Assembly (NCBI GenBank): GCA_051362555.1
Contig: CM120644.1
Location: 132,954-196,953 of the forward strand
Reading direction: 5' to 3'
Source of the DNA: Lingula anatina
Lineage: Eukaryota > Animalia > Brachiopoda
DNA length: 64,000 bases
Shown here: positions 19,612 through 32,981 of the stretch, one piece after another
How positions within the stretch are numbered: the first letter of the stretch is position 1
Layout of the letters: each line of letters opens with the position of its first letter
Position numbers and translations under genes: made by a program
The notes under the pieces: generated by a model
Told to the model about the DNA's origin: nothing
Database searches by the model: none
The model's input: the letters and a program-made list of their open reading frames with translations, nothing else

Positions 19612-21257
19612 CTCTGTACATATAGACTATAGTACACTCTATCTGTCTATAGCCAGCACAGTGAATCCAAGTAGAACAGTCTTCACATATTGTGTGTATA
19701 TAGACTATAGTACACTCTATCTGTCTATAGCCAGCACAGTGAATCCAAGTAGAACAGTCTTCACATATTGTGTGTATATAGACTATAGTAAACTCTATCT
19801 GTCTATAGCCAGCACAGTGAATCCAAGTAGAATAGTCTTCACATATTCTGTGTACATATAGACTATAGTACACTCTATCTGTCTATAGCCAGCACAGTGA
19901 ATCCAAGTAGAACAGTCTTCACATATTGTGTGTATATAGGCTATAGTAAACTCTATCTGTCTATAGCCAGCACAGTGAATCCAAGTAGAATAGTCTTCAC
20001 ATATTCTGTGTACATATAGACTATAGTACACTCTATCTGGTCTATAGCCAGCACAGCAAATCAAAGTAGAATAGTCTTCACATATTCTGTGTACATATAG
20101 ACTATAGTACACTCTATCTAGTCTATAGCCAGCACAGCAAATCAAAGTAGAATAGTCTTCACATATTCTGTGTACATATATAGACTATAGTACACTCTAT
20201 CTGGTCTATAGCCAGCACAGCAAATCAAAGTAGAATAGTCTTCACATATTCTGTGTACATATAGACTATAGTACACTCTATCTGGTCTATAGCCAGCACA
20301 GCAAATCAAAGTAGAATAGTCTTCACATATTCTGTGTACATATAGACTATAGTACACTCTATCTGGTCTATAGCCAGCACAGCAAATCAAAGTAGAATAG
20401 TCTTCACATATTCTGTGTACATATAGACTATAGTACACTCTATCTGGTCTATAGCCAGCACAGCAAATCAAAGTAGAATAGTCTTCACATATTCTGTGTA
20501 CATATAGACTATAGTACACTCTATCTGTCTATAGCCAGCACAGCAAATCAAAGTAGAATAGTCTTCACATATTCTGTGTACATATAGACTATAGTACACT
20601 CTATCTGGTCTATAGCCAGCACATTGAATCCAAGTAGAACTGTCTTAACATATTCTGTGTACATATAGACTATAGTACACTCTATCTGTCTATAGACAGC
20701 ACAGTGAATCCAAGTAGAACAGTCTTCACATATTCTGTGTATATAGACTATAGTACACTCTATCTGGTCTATAGCCAGCACAGTGAATCCAAGTAGAACA
20801 GTCTTCACATATTCTGCGTATATAGACTATAGTACACTCCATCTGTCTATAGCCAGCACATTGAATCCAAGTAGAACTGTCTTCACATATTCTGTGTACA
20901 TATAGACTATAGTACACTCTATCTGTCTATAGATAGCACAGTGAATCCAAGTAGAACAGTCTTCACATATTCTGTGTATATAGACTATAGTACATCTATC
21001 TGGTCTATAGCCAGCACATTGAATCCAAGTAGAACTGTCTTCACATATTCTGTGTACATATAGACTATAGTACACTCTATCTGTCTATAGATAGCACAGT
21101 GAATCCAAGTAGAACAGTCTTCACATATTCTGTGTATATAGACTATAGTACACTCTATCTGTCTATAGCCAGCACAGTGAATCCAAGTAGAACAGTCTTC
21201 ACATATTCTGTGTATATAGACTATAGTACATCTATCTGGTCTATAGCCAGCACAGTG
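19612..21257. repeat. About 78-81-bp minisatellite, about 20 copies
   Basis: Unit tatagactatagtacactctatctgtctatagccagcacagtgaatccaagtagaacagtcttcacatattctgtgtaca, with subfamily blocks. Confidence 0.95.
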
Positions 21258-22091
21258 AGGCATGGTATGATGTCTGTACATGTGGGAGACTGATTGATCA
21301 TTTTGTCAATATTTATAACAGACCTTTGTCTTTACAGGCAGCATAGCATTCCTGCTACACTTTAGCCTGAATAAGGCACATATCCTGGGTGCATGGAATA
21401 TCACATTGGGGTTAAATTAAATTGAAGGGTAATGAAGATTACAAACTTTTTTCTTTTTCTCCTTCTTTGAGTACATACTTGTCTCAGGCTCAGTTGAGCA
21501 TGGTGTATTGTAAATATTTTGTTCAACTGACAACATTTGGTTTGGTGATAGCAGTCCTGCTGTAGATAAAGCGTCCAGCTATAGATAAAAGATAATTGAA
21601 CAAAATAGAGAGTAATAGTACATTTTAGGACTTTGTAAACATGTTGAATTTTACAAGGGTGAAACTTTCAGCTCATTTTTTAAAGTTAAAAAAAATTCAA
21701 GTTTCAGTGTAACATGTACTGGTATACCTATCTTTGACAGAGATTCACATATGGACTCGTATAGAACCAAGATATTGATTCTTGTCTCATGCTAAATGAG
21801 AGATGATAAATGAATTTGTACTTGCCATCATCAGTATTGTTACATGATATTCAGGATGCATTTTTATCAGGAAGATTTCTGGCACAGAGAATTAATGCAC
21901 AGGATATATCTGGCAGGAGATGTGAAAGATTCTTTTTTTTTTCTGAAATACTTTATAAGTTCCCTGTTCAGTTATATAAAAGAATATGATGTATCAACAA
22001 GGAAGCTTCCTGGATCAATTTCTAGAAATATTTCTTCCTTTTTATTGGCCCCAAAAAGAATCAAATTTGGTAAGTAGTTTGTAAGCTGCCT

Positions 22092-22602
22092 GTGTAGTGA
22101 CTGATTGTGTTAGCTGTGACAGTGTGTTAGATGTGGTGACTGATTGTGTTAGCTGTGACAGTGTGTTAGGTGTGGTGACTGATTGTGTTAGCTGTGACAG
22201 TGTGTTAGGTGTAGTGACTGATTGTGTTAGCTGTGACAGTGTGTTAGATGTGGTGACTGATTGTGTTAGCTGTGACAGTGTGTTAGATGTGATGACTGAT
22301 TGTGTTAGCTGTGACAGTGTGTTAGATGTGGTGACTCACTGATTGTGTTAGCTGTGACAGTGTGTTAGATATGATGACTGATTGTGTTAGCTGTGACAGT
22401 GTGTTAGGTGTGGTGACTGATTGTGTAAGCTGTGACAGTGTTTTAGGTGTGGTGACTGATTGTGTAAGCTGTGACAGTGTGTTAGGTGTGGTGACTGATT
22501 GTGTTAGCTGTGACAATGTATTAGATATGGTGACTGATTGTGTTACTGTTTGCTGTGACAGTGTGTTAGGTGTGGTGACTGATTGTGTTAGCTGTGACAG
22601 TG
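22092..22602. repeat. 39-bp TG-rich minisatellite, about 13 copies
   Basis: Unit gtgactgattgtgttagctgtgacagtgtgttaggtgtg ends just before the acceptor of exon 22646. Confidence 0.95.
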
Positions 22603-22653
22603 GATTGTTATCTGGTTGTGTCAAGTACCCTGATTTTACTTTCAGATCCCTCA

Positions 22654-25394
22654 ATGGAGAGTACCAGTGATGACAGTGATGTGGAAGGGCAGGAGGATGA
22701 GTTGGGAGCTTGGCTTGGACAGCTGGAAACACTGAGTCTGGTGAGTACAGACTGTCAGTGTGTTAGGTGAGACACGGAAATTGTGTCAGCTATGATGCTA
22801 GAAATGTGTTGTAGATGTGATTAAAAATTGCATGTCACATCATCATTATACATTAGAAAGAGTGATCAAATCATGACCCCCCAGAAATGGATGGGGATAG
22901 AGGATATATAACAGTAGAAGTGGTAGAGTGATCAAATTATGACATAACAGTAGAAGTGGTAGAGAGATCAAATCATAACTCCCCAGAAATGGATGGGGAT
23001 AGAGGATCAGGTCTACCCAACTACCAGACTCAGCACCGAATGATCCAGAATTCACCGGTAGATCAGACCACACTACCCATTTTCAAGGTGTGTATCAGAT
23101 CGCATTACACAGTATCATACCCTGAACAAATTTTGAGTGGTGATGCAATGCTTTTCAACCCCGCTGAGAATCATCACTATCACATCGCATACTAGGCAAG
23201 AGCGGTGTCGCGTCTGGGTAGGCCTGGAGGATACATAAATTGCAGGTGGAATGCTATAGTGTAGCATAATGATTGAACATTTGGATGTTTTTTTACCTGT
23301 TGTCCAATTTTATAAGAACAAAACACAATAATAGATTATTGAGACCCTTTGTATAGAAGTTCACCAGTTAATATTACAGACGTGCTGAAAACTTTTCAGA
23401 ATGGCCGGACATTTGGACCGGCAGTAATGAAAAAATTTGCCAGACCAAATGAATTTTTGTCGGACCGAAAATCACCCTATTCGTTTGAGACATATCACCA
23501 GTATGATTAGGTAGCTTACTTTGTTTGTGGATGTGATAGGTTTGAAATGGAGGGGAAAAATGCTTTGGGTTTTATATAATTTTATTGGTGAAATATATCT
23601 AATGACGAATGCAAATTCAAAATTGTGGTTCTTAAAACTCTTGTCGGTCTTTTGGACCGACCAAGTCCAATTTTTTACTGGTCCAGACAAATTTTCCCGG
23701 TCATGACTGCTCGGACCTACAGCTTCAGCATGTCTGTATTATAGACAGGTCTTCAAGGGTCTGGATAATTTTATTTTTGTTCTATTCCATTATGGCTAAG
23801 CTTGGCATTGATCACTGACTGCCATGTCTGGAATAGCTGTATCCAACACATTTGATTTGATTTGCCTTGCGCTGCATAAGAATTATGGTAGGGTTACCAG
23901 TTTCCCAGCCATTCTCCTGGAGGCATAGATCTACTTTTCTCACAGCTGTCTGATGATTAAGTTTGGATATGACTGTCAGATAATACATATTAATAATTGT
24001 TAGTCCTTTTTGGTAATTAGCCAGTCTAAACATAGAAATAAAAATATATTGTTTAGAGAAAATTTAGGCAAAAAGACAAAGAAATGAGGGCATGTGGTGT
24101 TTTAATCTGCTGATGAAGGGCAGATCAATAGTGATGTTGGATAGACTTGAGAGACAACACTGCCAGCAGCAGCAGCAGATCATTTAAGGTTGTTTTATAT
24201 CATCTGTTTGAGAGGTATATTATGTATGTAGGATTAATTAGAGAGCAGGATATTATTTGGTGAATATATCAGTTTGGATAGAGAAAAAATCTGAAATCTG
24301 CATAACACACTTACAGGCAATATGTAGATTGGTTAAAATAAATGAAATCTTAGATCCAATGTTTTGATAATGAGCTGTTACACTTACATCAACAATGAGA
24401 TATTTTTGAAATGATGTAGATCTTGGATTAGTACTAGTAAGAATATTGTAGAATTTTACACTAGATATAAAGAGGCACTATAGCCTCCAAGCTCAGGTCC
24501 AGACATCACAGATTTATGCCTGGTAATAGACTGTGGCTGGCAGCTTCACGTAGCTTCAGGTAGCGTTAGGTAGCAGAGGCCAGGTGAGCTGTCACTCAGA
24601 CCAGGTGTTAACACTGTCTGCTCACCTGGACAGTTAATGTCAACAGTCTTGATTACCTGACAAATATCCCTGTTAACACCTCAAGATAATGAGGACATTG
24701 ATGGTTGTAGATCTGTCAATGATTCTTTTCCTGCAGTCATGGAGCTTGCGTACTAGTACTGGTAGACTGCTGACTACTGTGAAGTCCATCTGGCATTATT
24801 GGTCTGAGAGCATTTTACCAATGAAAAGGCCACATGTATATATTTTTAAATTAAAATAAATGAACTATTGTTGCCAGTAGAAGAATGAAAACTATTGTCC
24901 ACACAGTCCCAGTTTAACAGGAACTCACTAGGAAGCTGTCCTCAGGTGTAAGATGAGGACAGTTCCTACATGTAGTGAGGCAGGCAGTTTAGGTTTAAAA
25001 TTTTTGTAACAAAGTTTTCTCCTCTTACCATCTTAATCAGTGATAAGTAGTAAATTTTTGTTGGAATAATGCTAGAGCAATTCCATGGAAAAAAGGGCAA
25101 TTTTTTCATTTACTTTGAACTTAAGCATAGTTAATATATATAAATTATGTTCAGTGTTATTGTTTGGCTTAATATACAGTACTAGTAGTAGTACAGCACA
25201 CTATTGGAACAAATGGCATGATAATGACCAGATAATAACCAGATACACTGTATAAGGGCCATCTGTCACTTGGAACATACATATTGCACTTATCCTGAAC
25301 ACTAATGTGTGTGTGTGTGTGTGTGTGTGTGCATGTATATGTGTGTGCGTGCATGCTAGTATGGAGTACGTGTATGCTTGTGCGTGTGTGCATG

Positions 25395-25465
<71 letters not shown>

Positions 25466-27182
25466 CACTTATCCTGAATACTAATGTATGTGTTAGTATG
25501 TAGGTATGTATGTATGTATGTATGTATGCACATATGTGTGTGTATGCATGCGTGTATTCATATGTATGTTGCATGTGTGTGTGTGTACTACTAGTCTAGT
25601 ATGAAGTATGTAAGTATACGTGCACTTATTCTGGCTGTATGTCTATGTGTCCAGTCCTCAATATAACATCTCTAGCATACATACTGTACAGAAATACATA
25701 CGCACACATGCATAAAGTGACAATACATGCAAAAGAGTGTAATAGATAGGGCACTGTAAGTGTTTAATTTCCAAGCAAAGGCAATAACCTTCATTCACAG
25801 TAACAGTACATTCATGTACTAGTTCAGTAGGCAGACACAGTCCAATCCTTAATGAGACTTATGACTACCACTGAAAATACCATTAAACCAACCAGCAGAG
25901 TATGTGAGGAAATACTACACCATAATGCCTGCTTTTAGACACATTAATTGATCTGAATGTGTGTTTTGACTTGATAGTGGTCACTGTTCATTACTAGTAG
26001 TTCATTGCCAGGCCTCAGTTAGCAGTCAGACAGTATAGTATAAATCCTAGGTCATTGAAGGAGGGGCCAGTAACTATAACTGAGGCTGCACACCCCGACT
26101 AGTATATCCAAGTTATACAGTGGTCTACTTTCTGACAATAGATGTATATATATATGTAATACTCAGGGTGTACAATATCACTGGGTGTGGAATGGAAAGC
26201 TGTAGAACTATTTCCTCTATAACTCAGGGTGTACAATATTACTGGGTGTGGAATGGAAAGCTGTAGAACTATTTCCTCTATAACTCAGGGTGTACAATAT
26301 CACTGGGTGTGGAATGGAAAGCTGTAGAACTATTTCCTCTATAACTCAGGGTGTACAATATAACTGGGTGTGGAATGGAAAGCTGTAGAACTATTTCCTC
26401 TATAACTCAGGGTGTACAATATTACTGGGTGTGGAATGGAAAGCTATAGAACTATTTCCTCTATAACTCAGGGTGTACAATATAACTGGGTGTGGAATGG
26501 AAAGCTGTAGAACTATTTCCTCTATAACTCAGGGTGTACAATATAACTGGGTGTGGAATGAAAAGCTGTAGAACTATTTCCTCTATAACTCAGGGTGTAC
26601 AATATAACTGGGTGTGGAATGGAAAGCTGTAGAACTATTTCCTCTATAACTCAGGGTGTACAATATCACTGGGTGTGGAATGGAAAGCTCTAGAACTATT
26701 TCCTCTATAACTCAGGGTGTACAATATCACTGGGTGTGGAATGGAAAGCTCTAGAACTATTTCCTCTATAACTCAGGGTGTACAATATCACTGGGTGTGG
26801 AATGGAAAGCTCTAGAACTATTTCCTCTATAACTTAGGGTGTACAATATTACTGGGTGTGGAATGGAAAGCTGTAGGACCATTTCCTGTCCCATGTTAAT
26901 TAAGGCTGCAACTGTGTGCCCACAGACCTTTTTATTGCAAAATAAAAAAAGAAAGATAACTTAAGTAAATGTTTAAAAAATGGAAACAGCTGTTTTGTTG
27001 CCAGTGTGTAGAGAAACTGTTTCTTTTAACATATAGAGAAAAATAAAGAATAAGCACTAAAAGCCAAAATATATGACCAAACCCTTGGTTAAAGAAATGA
27101 AAATAATGTCACAACTTTTGCATCTGTTCTTGTAGCTATTGAGGAGGTTGAACTACCTCAGTCAGGTTACTGCTCTAGCTCC

Positions 27183-27221
<39 letters not shown>

Positions 27222-27603
27222 GCTAGCTCTATGGCCCCATTCAGATTGAGAAGAGCCGAGTGCTAACAAGGCCACGACCTACATGAAAGGAAGACCGCTT
27301 AATCCTGTAATGGTCTCCACGCCTCTCACACAACTCCCCATGCATTGTCCCTCAACCAGTTGAATTGAGATGAGATTTAATTAATGTGCCCCAGCAGGGA
27401 CGACGTGTGGAGAAGCATGTGAAAGGTGGAGAGACCATTACAGGATTACTGGTAAGCATTCTTCCTTTCATGTAGGTCCGCCATATTTAGGTCATGGCCT
27501 AGCTAACACTCGGCTGTTCTCAATCTGAATGGTCCCTACCTAGCTCTCTCTCTCCTATCTCTCTCTCTCTCTAGCTCTCTCTCTCTCTCTCTCTCTCTAG
27601 CTC

Positions 27604-27634
<31 letters not shown>

Positions 27635-27947
27635 AGCTCTCTCTCTCTCTCTCTCTCTCTCTCTAGCTCTCACTCTCTCTCTCTAGCTCTCTCTCTCTCT
27701 CTCTCTAGACAGCTGCTATGCCAGGTGTTCCATACAATGTTTATGTAGTCTGCGGATGCTTAGCTGATGTACAAATTATTATGTTACACCAACACACCTG
27801 ACAGCTGGAGTTGTGTTCATTATGGCTCCCCCCCCTCTCTAGCTCTCTCACTCTCTCTCTCCCCCCACACTCTCTCTCTCTCTCTCTCTCAGTAATCTTG
27901 AATTAATGTTACAAGGATAGCATCTCTGCATATGTACAGAAAACACA

Positions 27948-27995
<48 letters not shown>

Positions 27996-29124
27996 CACAT
28001 TTCAATAAATCTTTTATTCAGAATTACCAATCAGAATTTACTCTTTCCCAAGTATGTTAAGCCGACACACCTGGCCTAGTAGCTGATATACTAGTACTCA
28101 CAGACAGCAGAAGTGCCAGCTGTATACTAATACTAGTATGTGTGCAGTAGAGAGATAGACAAAGATTGGAAACTGTTCTTCTTACTCCATCTAGATCAAA
28201 TGATTGGGCCTCTTGAACAGAAAGTAAAAGGGGGCAAACTGAATATTATCCTAGTCTGTGTTTGTGTAAAATATAATAAATAAAATGAATTAAGAAAAAA
28301 AGGATAAAAAAAGAAGTAAATGTGAGGGGGGAGAGAAAATATTGGCATCAATGTGAATGTGACTCAATCTCATGTCTCCGGCTAAAGTCTTACAACGGAT
28401 TTGATTATAGACTCATCACTGGTAGCCCATTGTTTTGGTCAGGTCATGTGGAATTTTCACAAAGTGTTATTCTGTCTGCTGTGTTTCCCAACAGCTTGGA
28501 TAAAGTGAAATAGGAAAATGGTAATTATCAGTGAGGAATTTAGCAAAATTGATTTTTGATTTAACCTTGTTAATGTTTTAGATATTTTAATTTAGGTTAT
28601 ACACCAGAATGTGATCGTACAGTTCATGTTCAGTATGTAATCCATTGTAGACTCTAGAAATGTCTTAATTCTCTGGAAGAACTACCAGTAAGGATTTAAG
28701 TTTTCTAATGTAGCGACTTTAATAGTAAGGTAAGAAGACACCAAGAATAATCTCAGTTCCATAGATTTCTATTCATTTTCAGTGGCCATTAAAATGTTTT
28801 GGGTTGATATTGAACATTACTAAGACCAAATGTATATTGTGTACATATACCTTACATAACCTGTCTTTGTCATGGCATATGATAGTGGATAGCAGAACAT
28901 TGAACATTTCTAAGATCAAATAGATATCATGTACATATATACCTTAGGTAACCTGTCTTTGTCATGGCATGATAGTGGACATCAGGTATTTGAGTACAGT
29001 ATTGTTATCAACACCTTATATGTATTATATACTAAGCCACTTCATCACTGCTAGTGTGTCCTGTTGGTGTGTCTGCCATTCTTTACCCAGGCAGTGACTT
29101 ACTGTACTCATACTAGTAGCTATG

Positions 29125-29178
<54 letters not shown>

Positions 29179-30576
29179 CCATCCACTATGAAGATACTAA
29201 ATATCAGTAATCAATATTACAAATTAGTGTCACCAATCATATCACTGTCTCTTCCTGTAAGTGACATATAACAGCCACCAGTTCCGTGTCTCTTAGGGTG
29301 TAATCATCCCAAACTGAAGACTAGGTAAACAGCAGTCAATTACAACTGGTAGACCCCTGAGGTCACCTCTGAACCTTGAGGGCCTGTTAAGAACCAAGTT
29401 GAACCGCGGCCTACTAGTAACTGAGCTGTGAATCAAATACGGCCGACCCACTAAAAGGTTGTGGCTGGTGGGAATCTATTAAGGGATTATAATCAGCAAG
29501 CTTTCATTTGGGTCAGCCATATTTGATCTTCTGATCAGTTAGTCCAGAAATCAATTTGGTTCTGAACAGGTCCTTAATATGTGGAGTTAAAAACATCAAT
29601 AGTAATAATGAACACATAACTCCACCTGTCTGTATATATATTAATAGACTGATAGAGAGATAACAAAGAGATTTGTCTTTGTGTGTATTGACCTGGAAGC
29701 CATATTGACTGTATTTACATTTACTTTGTAGAAAGACAGGATATGCTGCCAGAAGTTCTTGTACAGTGTTGTTTTCCTGTGTTGTGTTGAATAATTTACA
29801 TTTATACCTAAAAGAAGAAGAAGAAGAGAGAGAGAGAGAGAGAAAGAGTAAGGCAGAGGAGGGGGGGTGGTATATCAAGAAGTACCTAAGCCAAGCAGAC
29901 AGAGTAAGATCATTGTAATACAGCCTGAGGAATTCCATGTCATAGTCTGGAATACAATAGACACACATTCTTCTTTACCCTATGTGAAAGGAATGAGGCT
30001 AAGAGGATATCAGATACACTGAGTCTGTCAGGGCCTGTTCAGTACCAAGTTGATCCACAAACTAAGTGATCTACACATCAAATACACTGATATCAGATAC
30101 ACTGAGCCTGTCAGGGCCTGTTCAGAACCAAGTTGATCCACAAACTAAGTGATCTATGCATCAAATACACTGATATCAGGTACACTGAGCCTGCCAAGAC
30201 CTGTTCACAACCAAGTTGATCCACAAACTAACTGATCTGCACATCAAATACACTGATATCAGATACACTGAGCCTGTCAGGATCTGTTCAGTACCAAGTT
30301 GATCCACAGACTAACTGATCTGTACATCAAATACGGCCAAACCACTTGAAAGGTTGCCATGTAACCCCTTAATAGATGCCCCACCAGGATAACTTGGCAA
30401 GCTGTAAAGTAGGTTTGGGCATATTTGTTCCGGCATCAGCTAGTTACTTGGTTCTGAACAAGCCCTAAGAGAATCAGATATAATCTGAGTTTGTAAGGAT
30501 ATTACTGTATATACTGGTACATATCCCTTTTTTAACCTAACATGAGCAGCTTCTGTTGTAATTTACTTAAATATAA

Positions 30577-30610
<34 letters not shown>

Positions 30611-32949
30611 TTGTAAACCACTTTATCATGATTGGATTATAGTTATAATTATTGATAACAGACAATAAACATGAAGTGATTTGTTCCATATCTGATGAAA
30701 ATAATAACTTGCTTTTATGTTCATTAATAATAGATTTCAGGGATCAACTTCACAAATGACAAGAGGATAATTTCAGAAATTGATAGAAATAGATTTTAAT
30801 GCCATGTTTTCCAACAAAGCATTTTCTTTTCCTCTCAAGGTTAAGTTACTCCACACCCAGGCTCTTGATATTGGTATGATGGTCACTTGGGTAACTTTTT
30901 AGTTAAATCAGGGTATTTCCCCCATAGCATTTACAAGGATACTTTATGTTGGTCGTCCAGAAGATATATATATATATTGGTGTAAGATGGAAACCATTAT
31001 GACATTTCAAAAGAAGCAGCTACTTTGATGAAGATAAAACTTGCATCTCTCTTCATGGGGAGATTGTGGATGTTAAGAAAAAATGATAGTCTACAAAAAG
31101 GAAGCATGTAAAGATTTTTCCTCTCTCCATGCAAGACAAGATATATGCATTGAATCTAAGGTTATCGTTTCAGCAGTCGCATTTTGTGTGTATGGAATAC
31201 ATACACATGTGCAACAAAGATCAGCATCTAGACAGCAATTTTGTACAAAAAAAAGGCTCACCTTTCATCCCAGACTTAGTAGGATAAAACAACTGCAATG
31301 CAGTGATAGAACAGCAGATAGATAGATATTTAAACCCTGAGTTGCAGAGATTAATTTTAGACTGTTGCAACATGTGAGATCAAACAAACCCATGCAAGTT
31401 GTCAAAAACTGCTAAAACCAATATGTTGTACAATAAAAACCACGGTGGCCTTTAGGGTGCCTTTTAGTGAATATAACTTGGGATAGATAGGAAGTATTGG
31501 CACAGTTCTGACATTGGATGAGGAAAACCACAGCAATTCACTTCCCACTTCAGAAACTGTGTATGCCAAGCTATCATTTCTCACCGTAGAATTATAGTTT
31601 AAATGTATAGTTTGTCAGCATGTGAGTTTGTTTTTGTGTAAAATATGTCCTGGTCCAAGGTTCTGCCTGTTTTCCTGTTGACAGTGACACTATTTTAAAG
31701 TCATGTTACTCTGTTCTAAGATGGAGGCCAAGGTTACAAGTAAGTTTATAAACATGAGGAGGGCATAGAGTTTTCAACAAGTTCATACTAGTAAAGAGAA
31801 AAGATTAATTGAAGTAAGTTAGGGTCATGAGGTGAAGAAATGACATGGCCAGATGTAAATTAATATCTTCTCAAACTTAAAAAATAATTCATAGGATAAA
31901 AAGTTATCTGGAAAAGCAGCCTCATTGGATTCTTTTTCTTGAATTTCTAGAGTTTTTTATGAGTTTTTTCATTTTTCACATTTTGGCATTTTTGTGTTAA
32001 GCGTATGTAATAATTGCATCAAAATTGACAACAATCCTATTTTGTGCATCATTGTCATTTTTTTCTGTTCTATGTATGAAAATTTGATAGCTTTGCTGCC
32101 TTGTTTCAAATAAATTGCAAGTGAAAATTATCTAGAAATGATTTAATAGCCTAAAATTGAGTTTTTTTTTCTCTTACTTGAGATCATCAATTGAGTCATT
32201 AATATGTTGTCTTGGTCTGTGTATTTGTAGGATTTGGACAGATCAGGTGACACGGAACCCAAGAAAACAGTGATGACCCCCAAGGCAGACAAGCTGGACA
32301 CATTCCGATTCTCCATCATCAACTTGGAAGGCAAGTCAACAGTCAATTAGTCCAAGTTCAGGCATACCCTCATACACACATATACATTCAGGCATATCCT
32401 CATACACACATATACCCTCAGGCATACCCTCATACACACATATACCCTCAGGCATACCCTCATACACACATATACCCTCATACACACATATATACCCTCA
32501 GGCATACCCTCATACACACATATACCCTCAGGCATACCCTCATACACACATATACCCTCAGGCATACCCTCATACACACATATACCCTCAGGCATACCCT
32601 CATACACACATATACCCTCAGGCATACCCTCATACACACATATTACCCTCAGGCATACCCTCATACACACATATACCCTCAGGAATACCCTCATACACAC
32701 ATATACCCTCATACACACATATACCCTCAGGAATACCCTCATACACACATATACCCTCAGGAATACCCTCATACACACATATACCCTCAGGCATACCCTC
32801 ATACACACATATAGGGATTTTTTTCCCCACTTTGAATCAGAAATGTAGAGAGCATGCTTGCATACACAGACATGTATCAACACACACACACACCCACATA
32901 TACACACAAGTATACATACACATGCACATGCTGCACACACACATACACA

Positions 32950-32981
<32 letters not shown>

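Noticed and set aside
19589-22732. Cys-rich repeated ORFs resembling zinc fingers or metallothionein
   Set aside because: Translations of the ~80-bp and 39-bp minisatellites in several frames and on both strands.
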